Positions 63,180 through 64,000 of a stretch of 64,000 bases of DNA are shown here, one piece after another. Position 1 is the stretch's first letter. Each line of letters starts with the position of its first letter. A program made the position numbers and the translations under genes. The notes beneath the pieces were generated by a model. The model was not told where the DNA came from, did not search any database, and saw nothing but the letters and a program-made list of their open reading frames with translations. Source of the DNA: Mobula hypostoma (taxonomy: Eukaryota); contig NC_086100.1 in NCBI RefSeq assembly GCF_963921235.1, positions 204,602,001-204,666,000 on the forward strand, written 5' to 3'.

Positions 63180-64000
63180 ATGACTCTTACAGCTATCTGG
63201 ACTATTCCTCTTCTCACCCTGCCTCTTGCAAAAATGCCATCCCCTTCTCGCAATTCCTCCGTCTCCGCCGCATCTGCTCTCAGGATGAGGTTTTTCATTC
63301 CAGGACGAAGGAGATGTCCTCCTTTTTTAAAGAAAGGGGCTTCCCTTCCTCCACCATGAACTCTGCTATTTCTCTATATTGTTGAGACCCGACGCAGACT
63401 GGGAGACCGTTTCGCGGAACACCTACGCTCTGTCCGCCAGAGAAAGCAGGATCTCCCAGTGGCTACACATTTTAATTCCACGTCCCATTCCCATTCTGAT
63501 ACGTCTATCCACGGCCTCCTCCACTGTAAGGATGAAGCCACACTCAGGTTGGAGGAACAACACCTTATATTCCGTCTGGGAAGTCTCCAACCTGATGACA
63601 TGAACATTGACTTCTCAAACTTCCGCTAATGCCACACCTCCAGCTCGTACCCCATCCATTATTTACTTATTTATATACACTCATACATTTTTTCTCTCTC
63701 TCCTTTTTCTCCCTCTGTTCCTCTGACTATACCCCTTGCCCATCCTCTGCTTTTTCCCCACTTCACCCTTTTCTTTTCCCTAGGCCTCCTGTCCCATGAT
63801 CCTCTCATATCCCTTTTGCCAACCAACTGTCTACCTCTTGGCTCCATCCTTCCCCCTCCTGTCTTCTCCTATCATTTCGGATCTCCCCGCCCATCCCACT
63901 GTCATATCTCTTACTAGCTCTTCTTTCAGTTAGTCCTGACGGAGGGACTCGGCCCGAAACGTCGACTGTACCTCTTCCTAGAGATGCTGCCTGGCCTGCT
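63180..64000 (+). mobile_element. PLE pieces in inverted orientation to the preceding copy, with an internal deletion near 63370; hammerhead variant at 63932-63967
   Basis: Reverse-complement similarity to 34600-34790 and 33535-34150; core reads CUGACGG instead of CUGACGA. Confidence 0.92.

Overview
Repeat-saturated vertebrate genomic DNA. The CR1 LINE families with short-microsatellite tails, the GIY-YIG Penelope-like elements and a GPR139/142-like receptor suggest a cartilaginous fish, probably a ray (inference). Most of the window is transposon-derived: young and decayed CR1 LINEs, Rex1/Babar fragments, Penelope-like elements (PLEs) ending in minimal hammerhead ribozymes, a Tf1/sushi Gypsy remnant with a self-priming signature, a class I endogenous retrovirus split by later insertions, and nested Gypsy LTR elements. 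Two host genes are supportable. One is a two-exon GPR139-like GPCR pseudogene (6495-8599, +). The other, not called as a gene by the ORF track, is an apparently intact two-exon beta-defensin-like gene on the minus strand (exon 1 46444-46372, exon 2 39539-39427; 61 aa; C-x6-C-x4-C-x8-C-x6-CC). The most unusual mobile element is a complete LTR-bounded Gypsy element (29195-33380). Its RNase H and integrase are replaced by an intronless fragment of a sarcomeric myosin heavy-chain rod, joined in frame to the end of RT. All family assignments come from motif recognition by eye; no database searches were run.
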